DNA of 58,999 nucleotides, from positions 1 to 58,999 of the forward strand of contig JADHWH010000003.1 in assembly GCA_016783555.1 (NCBI GenBank), read 5' to 3'. Under the pieces are notes generated by a model. That model was not told where the DNA came from, ran no database searches, and saw nothing but the letters and a program-made list of their open reading frames with translations. Source of the stretch: Candidatus Omnitrophota bacterium. GTDB lineage: Bacteria > Omnitrophota > Gorgyraeia > JABMRJ01. The stretch's first letter is position 1. Every line of letters starts with the position of its first letter. This document shows positions 1 to 8,162 of this stretch, piece by piece. Position numbers and translations under genes: made by a program.

Positions 1-1355
1 ATGAGGCTCACCATAAAGTTAAATATTTAGACGGTGCCTTAGAGGCGGCCGCAAAATTGTCGGCTAGATATATAAGCGGGAGATTCCTGCCTGATAAGGC
101 AATTGATCTGATAGATGAAGCCGGCTCGCGATCTAAGCTTTCCACTATGATAGCGCCTCCGGACCTAAAAAGGTTAGAGGAGAATGTAGACAGGATTAAA
201 CGCGAAAAGGAAGCCGCGGTAAAGAGCCAGGATTTCGAAAAGGCGGCGAATTTTAGAGACGACGAAAGAAAGGCTAAAGAGGAACTTAAAGGTGCGCAAA
301 AGAAATGGCGGGAGTCGAGGAGCAAAAAAGAGATAGTTGTAACCGAAGAGGAGATCGCTAACATAGTCTCTAATTGGACCGGTATCCCGCTTTTAAGATT
401 AGAAGAGAAGGAGTCAGCGAAATTTTTGAAGATGGAAGAGAGGATTCATGATAAGGTCATAGGCCAGGACGAGGCCATAAGGGCCATAGCCAAGGCGGTA
501 AGGCGTTCCCGCGCGGGCATAAAAGATCCGAAGCGGCCGATAGGCTCGTTTATATTTTTAGGGCCTACAGGAGTGGGGAAGACCCTGCTTGGCCGCGCAC
601 TCGCCGAATTTATGTTCGGCGGTGAAAATGCTATTATACAGCTTGATATGTCTGAGTATATGGAGAAGTTCAACGTCTCAAGACTTGTAGGGGCCCCTCC
701 GGGATATGTAGGCTATGAAGAAGGCGGCCAGCTTACGGAGAAGGTGAGAAGGAGACCTTACTCTGTGGTGCTTCTGGATGAGATAGAAAAAGCCCATCCG
801 GATGTCTTCAATATACTTCTTCAGGTCTTTGAAGAGGGGAGACTGACAGATTCGTTCGGGAGGAGAGTCGACTTCAGGAACACCATCGTTATTATGACTT
901 CGAACATCGGCGCGCAGATGTTAAAAAAACATGGCGCTCTCGGTTTTAAAACAGCAGATGAAGAGGCGAACTACGCTCAGATGAAGACAAGGCTCCTTGA
1001 TGAGGTAAAGAAGACCTTCAAGCCCGAATTTTTAAACAGGGTAGATGATATCATAGTCTTTAGAAAACTCACCAAAGAAGATTTGCAGAAGATTGTGGAT
1101 CTTGAGATAGGCGAGGTTCAGAAGAGGCTGCAGGACCGGAAGATAATTCTTAAACTCAGCAAGATGGCAAAAGATTTTTTGATAGAGAAGGGATTTGATC
1201 CCATATTCGGCGCAAGGCCGCTTAAGAGGACCATTCAGAGATTTGTAGAGGACCCCCTCTCTGAAGAGATAATAGCGGGCAAACTCAAGAAGGGCGGCGT
1301 TCTAAGCGTAGATGCCAAGGCCGACCGTTTAATCTTCGAAGCAAGCAGGAAATAA
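1..1355 (+). CDS. clpC: ATP-dependent Clp protease ATP-binding subunit ClpC (5'-truncated by window edge; frame opens at nt 3)
   Basis: Frame stays open back to nt 3 (EAHHKVKYLDGALEAAAKLSARYISGRFLPDKAIDLIDEAG). It has a UVR-like linker (QDFEKAANFRDDE), a second AAA+ module with Walker A GPTGVGKT, and the sensor motif GARPLKR. Confidence 0.93.
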   Translation, partial: EAHHKVKYLDGALEAAAKLSARYISGRFLPDKAIDLIDEAGSRSKLSTMIAPPDLKRLEENVDRIKREKEAAVKSQDFEKAANFRDDERKAKEELKGAQKKWRESRSKKEIVVTEEEIANIVSNWTGIPLLRLEEKESAKFLKMEERIHDKVIGQDEAIRAIAKAVRRSRAGIKDPKRPIGSFIFLGPTGVGKTLLGRALAEFMFGGENAIIQLDMSEYMEKFNVSRLVGAPPGYVGYEEGGQLTEKVRRRPYSVVLLDEIEKAHPDVFNILLQVFEEGRLTDSFGRRVDFRNTIVIMTSNIGAQMLKKHGALGFKTADEEANYAQMKTRLLDEVKKTFKPEFLNRVDDIIVFRKLTKEDLQKIVDLEIGEVQKRLQDRKIILKLSKMAKDFLIEKGFDPIFGARPLKRTIQRFVEDPLSEEIIAGKLKKGGVLSVDAKADRLIFEASRK

Positions 1356-1365
1356 CTATTTAAAA

Positions 1366-2154
1366 ATGAGAAGATATATAGAAAATCTAGGCGAGAGATT
1401 CTTAAATCTCATCTATTACATGGGCGGCACGACTCTTTTGTTCATACGGACGCTGGCGTGGATACCGGTACCCCCTATCAAAAGACAGTACATAATGAGC
1501 CAGATGAAAAGAATAGGGGTAGACAGCCTTCCGATAGTCTTCTTGACGAGCTTCTTTACCGGCATGGTTCTCGCGCTTCAAAGCGCTTATCAGATGCAGA
1601 AGTTGCAGGCGGAGATGTATATAGCGTCTCTCGTGGCTTTATCTATGACAAGAGAATTAGGCCCGGTCCTTACGGCCTTGATAGTAGCGGGCAGAGTCGG
1701 CGCCTCGATTACGGCAGAGTTAGGCACTATGAGAGTGACCGAACAGATAGACGCCTTGGAGACACTCGCCACTAACCCGGTAAAGTACCTTGTAGTGCCG
1801 AGGTTTCTTGCGCTTTTATTAATGCTTCCTATATTGACATTATACGCAGATATAATAGGCATAGCCGGGGGTTATGTAGTAGGCGTTGGAAGACTGGGGG
1901 TATCCAGCAGCATGTATCTTAAGATGACATGGGACCCCCTTGTTTATAAAGATATATTTACAGGGTTAGCAAAAGCGATATGTTTTGCCATAATCATATG
2001 TATCGTTGCCTGTTATGAGGGCATGAATACAAAAGAGGGCGCCGAGGGCGTCGGAAAATCTACAACCCTTGCAGTCGTAACCTCGTTCATATTGATTATC
2101 GCCGCAGACTGCCTCATAACGGCTTTGTTCTATTTCGCGTTTCAAGTGAGGTAA
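1366..2154 (+). CDS. mlaE: MlaE-family lipid ABC transporter permease
   Basis: Multi-TM protein with the typical MlaE/Ttg2B core (LTRELGPVLTALIVAGRVGASITAELGTMRVTEQIDAL). It is followed by the ATPase and MCE genes. Confidence 0.9.
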   Translation: MRRYIENLGERFLNLIYYMGGTTLLFIRTLAWIPVPPIKRQYIMSQMKRIGVDSLPIVFLTSFFTGMVLALQSAYQMQKLQAEMYIASLVALSMTRELGPVLTALIVAGRVGASITAELGTMRVTEQIDALETLATNPVKYLVVPRFLALLLMLPILTLYADIIGIAGGYVVGVGRLGVSSSMYLKMTWDPLVYKDIFTGLAKAICFAIIICIVACYEGMNTKEGAEGVGKSTTLAVVTSFILIIAADCLITALFYFAFQVR

Positions 2155-2173
2155 TAAAGCAGAAAGTTAATAT

Positions 2174-2929
2174 ATGATAGAGATAATAAATTTATGTAAA
2201 TCTTTCGGTGACCACAAGGTACTCGACAACTTGAGTTTCAATATTCAGAGCGGAGAGACCACCGTCGTAATAGGCAGGTCCGGATGTGGAAAGAGCGTTC
2301 TCTTGAAACACATCGTGGGCATCTTAAAACCGGATATGGGCCAGGTTATAATAGACGGTGTAGATATAACGAAACTCTCCAGCAGAGAACTGAATAGATT
2401 CCGCATGAAATTCGGGATGCTCTTCCAGGGGGCGGCGCTATTCGATTCTTTAACTATAGGCGAAAATGTAGGATTCGCGCTTTATGAGCACAGCGACATG
2501 AACAAGAGCGCTATAAGGAAGCGGGTGAAGGAATGTCTTGCGATGGTGGGATTAAGCGATATCGAGCGCCTCAAACCCGCTGAGCTTTCCGGCGGCATGA
2601 GAAAGAGGGTCGGCCTTGCCCGCGCCGTATGCGTAAACCCCGAAATAGTATTATATGACGAGCCTACTACGGGGGTCGACCCGATAATGGGTGACGCTAT
2701 TAATAACCTGATAAAAGAGCTGCACGATAAACTGAAGATTACGGCCATCGCCGTTACGCACGACATGGTAAGCGCATACAAGATAGCCGATAGGATAGCC
2801 ATGCTTTATAACGGAAAGATAATATTTGCCGGGACGCCGGATGAGATTAAGAATACAAAAGATCCTGTTGTGCATCAGTTTATAACCGGCGCATCCGAAG
2901 GCCCTATAACGGAAAATTCTAACCAATAA
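2174..2929 (+). CDS. mlaF: MlaF-like ABC transporter ATP-binding protein
   Basis: Walker A GRSGCGKS, ABC signature LSGGMRKRVGLARA, Walker B VLYDEPT. Confidence 0.92.
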   Translation: MIEIINLCKSFGDHKVLDNLSFNIQSGETTVVIGRSGCGKSVLLKHIVGILKPDMGQVIIDGVDITKLSSRELNRFRMKFGMLFQGAALFDSLTIGENVGFALYEHSDMNKSAIRKRVKECLAMVGLSDIERLKPAELSGGMRKRVGLARAVCVNPEIVLYDEPTTGVDPIMGDAINNLIKELHDKLKITAIAVTHDMVSAYKIADRIAMLYNGKIIFAGTPDEIKNTKDPVVHQFITGASEGPITENSNQ

Positions 2930-2948
2930 TTAAACCTGGAGGATAGAT

Positions 2949-3575
2949 ATGGAAGATAGGAGTTTTGAATTAAAGGTAGGCATATTTGTTTTTATAGGGA
3001 TACTTATATTATTTCTAATTGTATTCTCGATAGGCAGGATCTATATCTTTCAACCGGGCTATAATATTAAGGTTATATTTAACTTTGCCGGAGGACTTAC
3101 GGAGGCGGCCCCAGTGAGATTGGCGGGAGTGGATACAGGCGAGGTAGAGAAGATCACAATCTTTTATGACAGAGAGATAAAGAGGACCAGGGTAGAGGCG
3201 CTGGTCTGGATAAAAAAGAAAGTAATGATAGAAAAAGACTCCACAGTCCGCGTCAACACCTTAGGGATGCTCGGCGAGAAGTATCTTGAGATAATCCCCG
3301 GGACGAGTGAGGCCGGATTTCTTGAGGAAGACGGCGTACTTATAGGACAGGATCCTGTAATGCTGGACGAATTGGCGGAAGACATAAAGGATATGGCGGA
3401 TTCGGCAGGCGTTGTTATGGGCAGGCTGGAGAGGGGCGAAGGGACTATCGGCAAATTTTTAACGGATGAGAGCGTTTATAATAATGTAGAAGAATTTACA
3501 GGCGATATAAAAAGAAATCCCTGGAAATTACTTAGAAAAACAACCGGTAAAAAGAAGAAGAAAAAAGAAAGATGA
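2949..3575 (+). CDS. mlaD: MlaD-like MCE-domain outer-membrane lipid asymmetry protein
   Basis: N-terminal TM helix plus an MCE-domain pattern (APVRLAGVDTGEVEKI). Its position after mlaEF fits; the C-terminus is a Lys-rich tail. Confidence 0.85.
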   Translation: MEDRSFELKVGIFVFIGILILFLIVFSIGRIYIFQPGYNIKVIFNFAGGLTEAAPVRLAGVDTGEVEKITIFYDREIKRTRVEALVWIKKKVMIEKDSTVRVNTLGMLGEKYLEIIPGTSEAGFLEEDGVLIGQDPVMLDELAEDIKDMADSAGVVMGRLERGEGTIGKFLTDESVYNNVEEFTGDIKRNPWKLLRKTTGKKKKKKER

Positions 3576-3591
3576 TTAATAGGAGGTAATA

Positions 3592-4623
3592 ATGACGCTT
3601 TTATACATAAGGGTATTTTTTACCATACTATCCACGGTAGTCGGATACTATATAGGGGTGCTGCTCAAGCCTTTTCTCCCGTACAACGCTGAGATCTTCG
3701 GCATAACGCTTGGATTTGGCGGCGCGCTTATTGTTATCTTTCTTGAAACAGCGTTAAGGCGGGCGTCTATAAGGAACCTTTCGGCGGCGGTCTTCGGGCT
3801 GGTGTTCGGGTTCTTTATGGCATGGCTTCTTACAAATGTTTTAAGGCTTATCCCCATGGATCCGAGGGTATTCATGTCTCTGCAAATGGGACTTATATTA
3901 GTCTTCAGCTATCTCGGCATGGTTATAGCGATGCGCGGAAAGGACGAGTTTAATCTTATCGTTCCGTATGTGAAATTTACAAGGCAGGATAAGAGGGAGG
4001 ATATAATAATACTGGATACCTCAGTAATTATAGACGGCAGAATCGCGGATATAGCACAGACAAAATTCCTGGAAGGAAGGTTTGTTGTCCCCAGATTCGT
4101 TTTAAAGGAACTGCAGCAGATAGCCGATTCCCAGGATTCGCTGAAGCGAAACCGCGGAAGAAGGGGCCTGGATGTGCTCCATAAGATACAGAAGGATACG
4201 CATATAGACGTGATGATTCAGGAGGAGGATTTTCAGGAGATTCAGGAAGTCGACGCTAAGCTCGTAAAACTGGCAAAGCTATTGAGCGCCAAGGTGCTTA
4301 CGAATGATTTCAATTTAAACAAGATCGCTTCCCTTCAGGGGGTGCAGGTGCTTAATCTCAACGACCTCGCATCCGCATTGAAGCCGGTCGTCCTTCCCGG
4401 TGAGGAATTGACGGTGAGAATTACCAAGGAAGGCAAGGAATATAATCAAGGTGTCGCATATCTTGACGACGGTACCATGATAGTCGTCGATAATACACGC
4501 CATTTGATAGGCCAGACCATCAAGGTGTTGATTACCAGCGTACTCCAGACCTCCGCCGGCCGCATGATATTCGCGAAGCTGGAGGAACCGGAAAAGTACC
4601 CCATGTCCAAGGGAAAGCGATGA
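3592..4623 (+). CDS. Membrane-anchored PIN/TRAM domain protein (YacL-like)
   Basis: N-terminal TM helices, a PIN-like segment (IILDTSVIIDGRI) and a C-terminal TRAM-like beta domain. It sits upstream of ispD-ispF, as yacL does in Bacillus. Confidence 0.8.
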   Translation: MTLLYIRVFFTILSTVVGYYIGVLLKPFLPYNAEIFGITLGFGGALIVIFLETALRRASIRNLSAAVFGLVFGFFMAWLLTNVLRLIPMDPRVFMSLQMGLILVFSYLGMVIAMRGKDEFNLIVPYVKFTRQDKREDIIILDTSVIIDGRIADIAQTKFLEGRFVVPRFVLKELQQIADSQDSLKRNRGRRGLDVLHKIQKDTHIDVMIQEEDFQEIQEVDAKLVKLAKLLSAKVLTNDFNLNKIASLQGVQVLNLNDLASALKPVVLPGEELTVRITKEGKEYNQGVAYLDDGTMIVVDNTRHLIGQTIKVLITSVLQTSAGRMIFAKLEEPEKYPMSKGKR

Positions 4624-4636
4624 AAAGCAGATCAAA

Positions 4637-5347
4637 ATGAGAGTGACGGCGATAGTTCCTGCGGCGGGCGCAGGATCGAGGATTGCGATTAAAAAGGGCA
4701 GAAGAAAGCCCTTTTTAATTGTCAATGACAAACCCATCCTGATCCATACGCTTATTGCGCTTGAGCGTTCCGGAGTAATAGACGATATTATTGTAGTTGT
4801 CCACAGGGATGATGTGGCAAGGTGTATCACCGCCTTAAGAAGATACGGCTTAAGAAAGATAACGAGGGTAATCGCAGGGGGAAAGACAAGGTTTGAATCT
4901 GTCAGAAAGGGCCTCTTCTCTGTAAAAGGTAATCCCGATGCAGTCATTGTCCACGACGGTGTAAGGCCTATTATAGATAAGGACATAATATCGAAGTCCA
5001 TTAAGGCCTGCAGGAGATTTGGAGCGGCTGTCTGCGGCGTGCCCGCCACATCAACGCATAAGCTTGTAAGAAACGATTTGACCGTAAAGGCTACTGCTGA
5101 CAGAAGAAGGCTTTATAGTATTCAGACGCCGCAGGTCTTTAAGAAAGATATTATTTTAAAGGCCTATAAGAGATACGCAAGATGTAAGCAGTCGGATGGG
5201 ATCACGGACGATTCCGTGCTGGTTGAGAAGCTGGGCTATAAGGTCAAGGTGGTGCCCGGCTCTTATGAGAATATCAAGATTACGACACCGCAGGATTTAA
5301 TCCTGGCAAAGATGCTGCTAAAGAGAGATAGATTCAAGGCATTATGA
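4637..5347 (+). CDS. ispD: 2-C-methyl-D-erythritol 4-phosphate cytidylyltransferase
   Basis: N-terminal AIVPAAGAGSRI motif, IspD-like length, and a 4-nt ATGA overlap with ispF. Confidence 0.93.
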   Translation: MRVTAIVPAAGAGSRIAIKKGRRKPFLIVNDKPILIHTLIALERSGVIDDIIVVVHRDDVARCITALRRYGLRKITRVIAGGKTRFESVRKGLFSVKGNPDAVIVHDGVRPIIDKDIISKSIKACRRFGAAVCGVPATSTHKLVRNDLTVKATADRRRLYSIQTPQVFKKDIILKAYKRYARCKQSDGITDDSVLVEKLGYKVKVVPGSYENIKITTPQDLILAKMLLKRDRFKAL

Positions 5348-5883
5348 GAATAGGTATAGGTTACGACATTCATAGGACTGCGCAAGGGCGGAAGCTCGTT
5401 CTCGGCGGGGTAGAGATTCCCTATGTGAGAGGCTTAGAGGGCCATTCGGATGCGGACGCGCTCCTTCATGCGATCTGCGATGCTATGCTGGGGGCCCTGG
5501 GCGAAGGCGACATAGGAATGTTCTTTCCTGACACAGATCCGCAGTATGAAAACGTATCGAGCCTTGTTCTCTTAAAACGTGTTTGGGAGATAGTATCTAA
5601 GAGAAAATGCAAGGTATATAATGTAGATACGGTATTGATTGCGGATGAACCCAAGATAGGGCCCTTTAAGGATGCGATGAAGGAGAACATCTCGAGGATT
5701 TTAAAGGTCTCCAGGGATAAGATCAACATAAAGGCCACAACGAGCGAAGGCGTCGGCACTATAGGCCGAGGCGAGGCGATAGCCGCCCAGGCAGTAGTAT
5801 TGTTGGAGGAAATCAAGAGGCGTAAATCCGAAGCACGAAATCCGAAATTCGAAACAAATTCGAATTACCAAAATCGCGAATGA
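5344..5883 (+). CDS. ispF: 2-C-methyl-D-erythritol 2,4-cyclodiphosphate synthase, with a ~20-aa C-terminal tail encoded by a repeat element
   Basis: RIGIGYDIHR and GHSDADALLHA motifs. The canonical end (..AVVLLEEIK) is followed by RRKSEARNPKFETNSNYQNRE, which is translated from palindromic element copy A. Confidence 0.92.
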   Translation: MRIGIGYDIHRTAQGRKLVLGGVEIPYVRGLEGHSDADALLHAICDAMLGALGEGDIGMFFPDTDPQYENVSSLVLLKRVWEIVSKRKCKVYNVDTVLIADEPKIGPFKDAMKENISRILKVSRDKINIKATTSEGVGTIGRGEAIAAQAVVLLEEIKRRKSEARNPKFETNSNYQNRE

Positions 5884-5962
5884 CCAAAACCAAATGTTTC
5901 GAACATTTGAAAATTCGGATTTCTAATTTGTTTCGGATTTCGATATTCGGATTTCGAATTTT
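5823..5962. repeat. ~140-bp heptad-periodic palindromic intergenic element, copy A (ispF 3' end to gltX)
   Basis: TAAATCCGAAGCACGAAATCCGAAATTCGAAACAAATT ... core GAATGACCAAAACCAAATGTTTCGAACATTTG ... TTTGTTTCGGATTTCGATATTCGGATTTCGAATTT. Confidence 0.9.
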
Positions 5963-5968
5963 TCACTT

Positions 5969-7417
5969 ATGGTAAGAGTAAGATTTGCCCCAAGCCCAAC
6001 AGGTTACTTGCATATAGGCAATGCGCGCACAGCGCTTTTTAACTGGCTCTTTGCGCGCGCAAACAGAGGCTCTTTTATATTAAGGATAGAGGATACGGAC
6101 ATCGAGCGTTCCAAGGAGAACTATGTCGGTAGTATAATGTCAGACTTAAGGTGGCTTGAGCTTGACTGGGACGAGGGTCCGGATAAGGGAGGGCCGTTTG
6201 CGCCGTATAGGCAGTCCGAGAGATTAAGGGTTTATGAGAAGTTCGCCGAAAAGCTGTTAAAAGAAGAGAAGGCCTATTATTGTTACTGCAGCGACGAAGA
6301 GTTAAAGATGAGAAGGTCCGCGGCGCTGAAAGCGGGGCAGACTCCAAAATATGACAATCGCTGCAGAGACCTTCAAGAAGAAGAGATAGAAGAGTTTAAA
6401 AAGAAAAAGAAGAAGCCCGCTTTAAGATTTAAAGTGCCCGATAAGAGAGTAATAATAGATGACATTGTAAGGGGCAGGGTAGAATTCGATACGTCGTTAA
6501 TAGGGGACTTCGTTATCATGAAGTCTACCGAGACGCCCTCTTTTAATTTCGCGGTTGTCTGCGACGATATAACCATGGAAATTTCCCATATAATACGCGG
6601 CGAAGACCACCTTTCTAACGCGCCGAAACACGCGCTTCTCTTCGAAGCGCTCGGTTTTAAGGCGCCTCAGTTCGCGCATATGTCGCTTACCACTGCGCCC
6701 GGCGGCGACAGGCTGTCTAAGAGGACGGGCGCGACCAGCATCGCATACTACAGGGAGACCGGTTATCTGCCTGAGGCTATGGTAAATTACCTTACCCTGC
6801 TCGGGTGGTCTCCGGGCGACGACAGGGAGATTTTATCACGAGAGGAGATAATAAAAGAGTTTAAGCTCGAGAGGCTCTCGAGATCAAGTGAGGCGCTTGA
6901 TCCGAATAAGCTTGATTGGTTGAGCGGTATCTATATAAGAAAGACGGGCCTAGACAGGCTGACGAGGCTTTGTATTCCCTATTTGAAGAAGGCTAAATTT
7001 ATAAAGAAAGACGCGCCCGAGGCAGATGAATTTGATAAGTTGAGAGAGATGGTGGCGGCCGTGCGGGACCATCTATCCAACATCTCGCAGATAAAGGACC
7101 ACGTAGACGTCTTCTTTAAGGATAAGTTCGCCATAAAAGATAAAGAAGCGCAGGATATATTAAAGAGCGCAGCATCCAAAAATGTCTTAAAGGCATTTTT
7201 GGAAAGAGTCGAGGGCTCAAACGCGATAGACGAAGATCTTTTTAATAATTTAGTAAAGGATATTCAAACAAAGACAGGTGTTAAGGGAAGGCTCTTATAT
7301 CAGCCCATAAGGATAGCCATAACCGGCCGGATCCACGGCCCTGAGTTGAAATTGATAATTCCGATAATCGGCAAAGAGAGCTGTGTAAGAAGGGTGAAAC
7401 GAGCGTTAAACAGCTAG
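5969..7417 (+). CDS. gltX: Glutamate--tRNA ligase
   Basis: VRVRFAPSPTGYLHIGNARTA (HIGH region) and RLSKR (KMSKS-like) motifs. Confidence 0.95.
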   Translation: MVRVRFAPSPTGYLHIGNARTALFNWLFARANRGSFILRIEDTDIERSKENYVGSIMSDLRWLELDWDEGPDKGGPFAPYRQSERLRVYEKFAEKLLKEEKAYYCYCSDEELKMRRSAALKAGQTPKYDNRCRDLQEEEIEEFKKKKKKPALRFKVPDKRVIIDDIVRGRVEFDTSLIGDFVIMKSTETPSFNFAVVCDDITMEISHIIRGEDHLSNAPKHALLFEALGFKAPQFAHMSLTTAPGGDRLSKRTGATSIAYYRETGYLPEAMVNYLTLLGWSPGDDREILSREEIIKEFKLERLSRSSEALDPNKLDWLSGIYIRKTGLDRLTRLCIPYLKKAKFIKKDAPEADEFDKLREMVAAVRDHLSNISQIKDHVDVFFKDKFAIKDKEAQDILKSAASKNVLKAFLERVEGSNAIDEDLFNNLVKDIQTKTGVKGRLLYQPIRIAITGRIHGPELKLIIPIIGKESCVRRVKRALNS

Positions 7418-7438
7418 CCACAATAGAAGAGGTGATAT

Positions 7439-8155
7439 ATGATCTGCCTGAATACGGTATTGATAATTTTAGGTGTAATAGCGCTTCACTTTTTAATCAT
7501 CGGCGTCGTCTTCAGAAAAGAGGTAAAGGCATGTTTTGAGAGGGACCCCGCTGCGGTAAATTTTATAGAGGTGCTTCTTACCTATTCGGGGCTGCATGCG
7601 ATAATATCGCACCGCATAGCCCATAGGCTGCGTAAGATGAAGATACCGTTTATACCCAGGCTTATATCGCAAATAAACCGCTTTATAACCGGCATAGAGA
7701 TACACCCAGGCGCGGAGATAGGAAGAGGGCTCTTTATCGACCATGGCATGGGCGTAGTGATAGGAGAGACCTCTGTAATCGGCGATAACGTTACCATATT
7801 TCAGGGCGCAACATTGGGCGGGACAGGCAAAGAGAGGGGAAAGAGACATCCGACCATAGGCAATAACGTTGTCATAGGCGCCGGCGCGAAGATACTGGGC
7901 AACATAACCATAGGCGATAGCGTTCAGATAGGCGCAAATGCCGTGGTTGTAAGGGATATCCCCCAGAATTCAACGGTGGTGGGTGTGCCCGGAAGGATTG
8001 CAAGAAGGGAAGGAAAGAGATTCCCGGGCGTAAGCCTCGAACATACAAAACTGCCCGACCCCCTGGCCCAGGCACTGCAGAAACTACAACACGAAATCGA
8101 TATTATCGAGTCAAAGATGAGAGATTGGCACAAAGAGCAGGAGAAGAAGAGCTAA
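7439..8155 (+). CDS. cysE: Serine O-acetyltransferase
   Basis: ERDPAA...HRIAHRL and hexapeptide repeats ([38 protein letters not shown]). Confidence 0.9.
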   Translation: MICLNTVLIILGVIALHFLIIGVVFRKEVKACFERDPAAVNFIEVLLTYSGLHAIISHRIAHRLRKMKIPFIPRLISQINRFITGIEIHPGAEIGRGLFIDHGMGVVIGETSVIGDNVTIFQGATLGGTGKERGKRHPTIGNNVVIGAGAKILGNITIGDSVQIGANAVVVRDIPQNSTVVGVPGRIARREGKRFPGVSLEHTKLPDPLAQALQKLQHEIDIIESKMRDWHKEQEKKS

Positions 8156-8162
8156 CTTAAAG

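Noticed and set aside
3545-3575. Poly-Lys-encoding A-rich tracts (the MlaD tail KKKKKKER at 3545-3575, GltX KKKKKK near 6397-6415, TopA KKKKK near 37383-37397) as slippery or frameshift sites.
   Set aside because: The reading frames continue, or terminate normally, with homologous sequence on both sides. No alternative-frame ORF extends from them.
7418-7438. A T-box or leader-peptide attenuator upstream of cysE/cysS (as in Bacillus) or upstream of ilvD/ilvB.
   Set aside because: The gltX-cysE spacer is only 21 nt and the cysE-cysS spacer only 7 nt. The ilvD leader (~80 nt) and the ilvD-ilvB spacer contain no T-box consensus, no specifier-loop architecture and no Ile/Val/Leu-rich mini-ORF.
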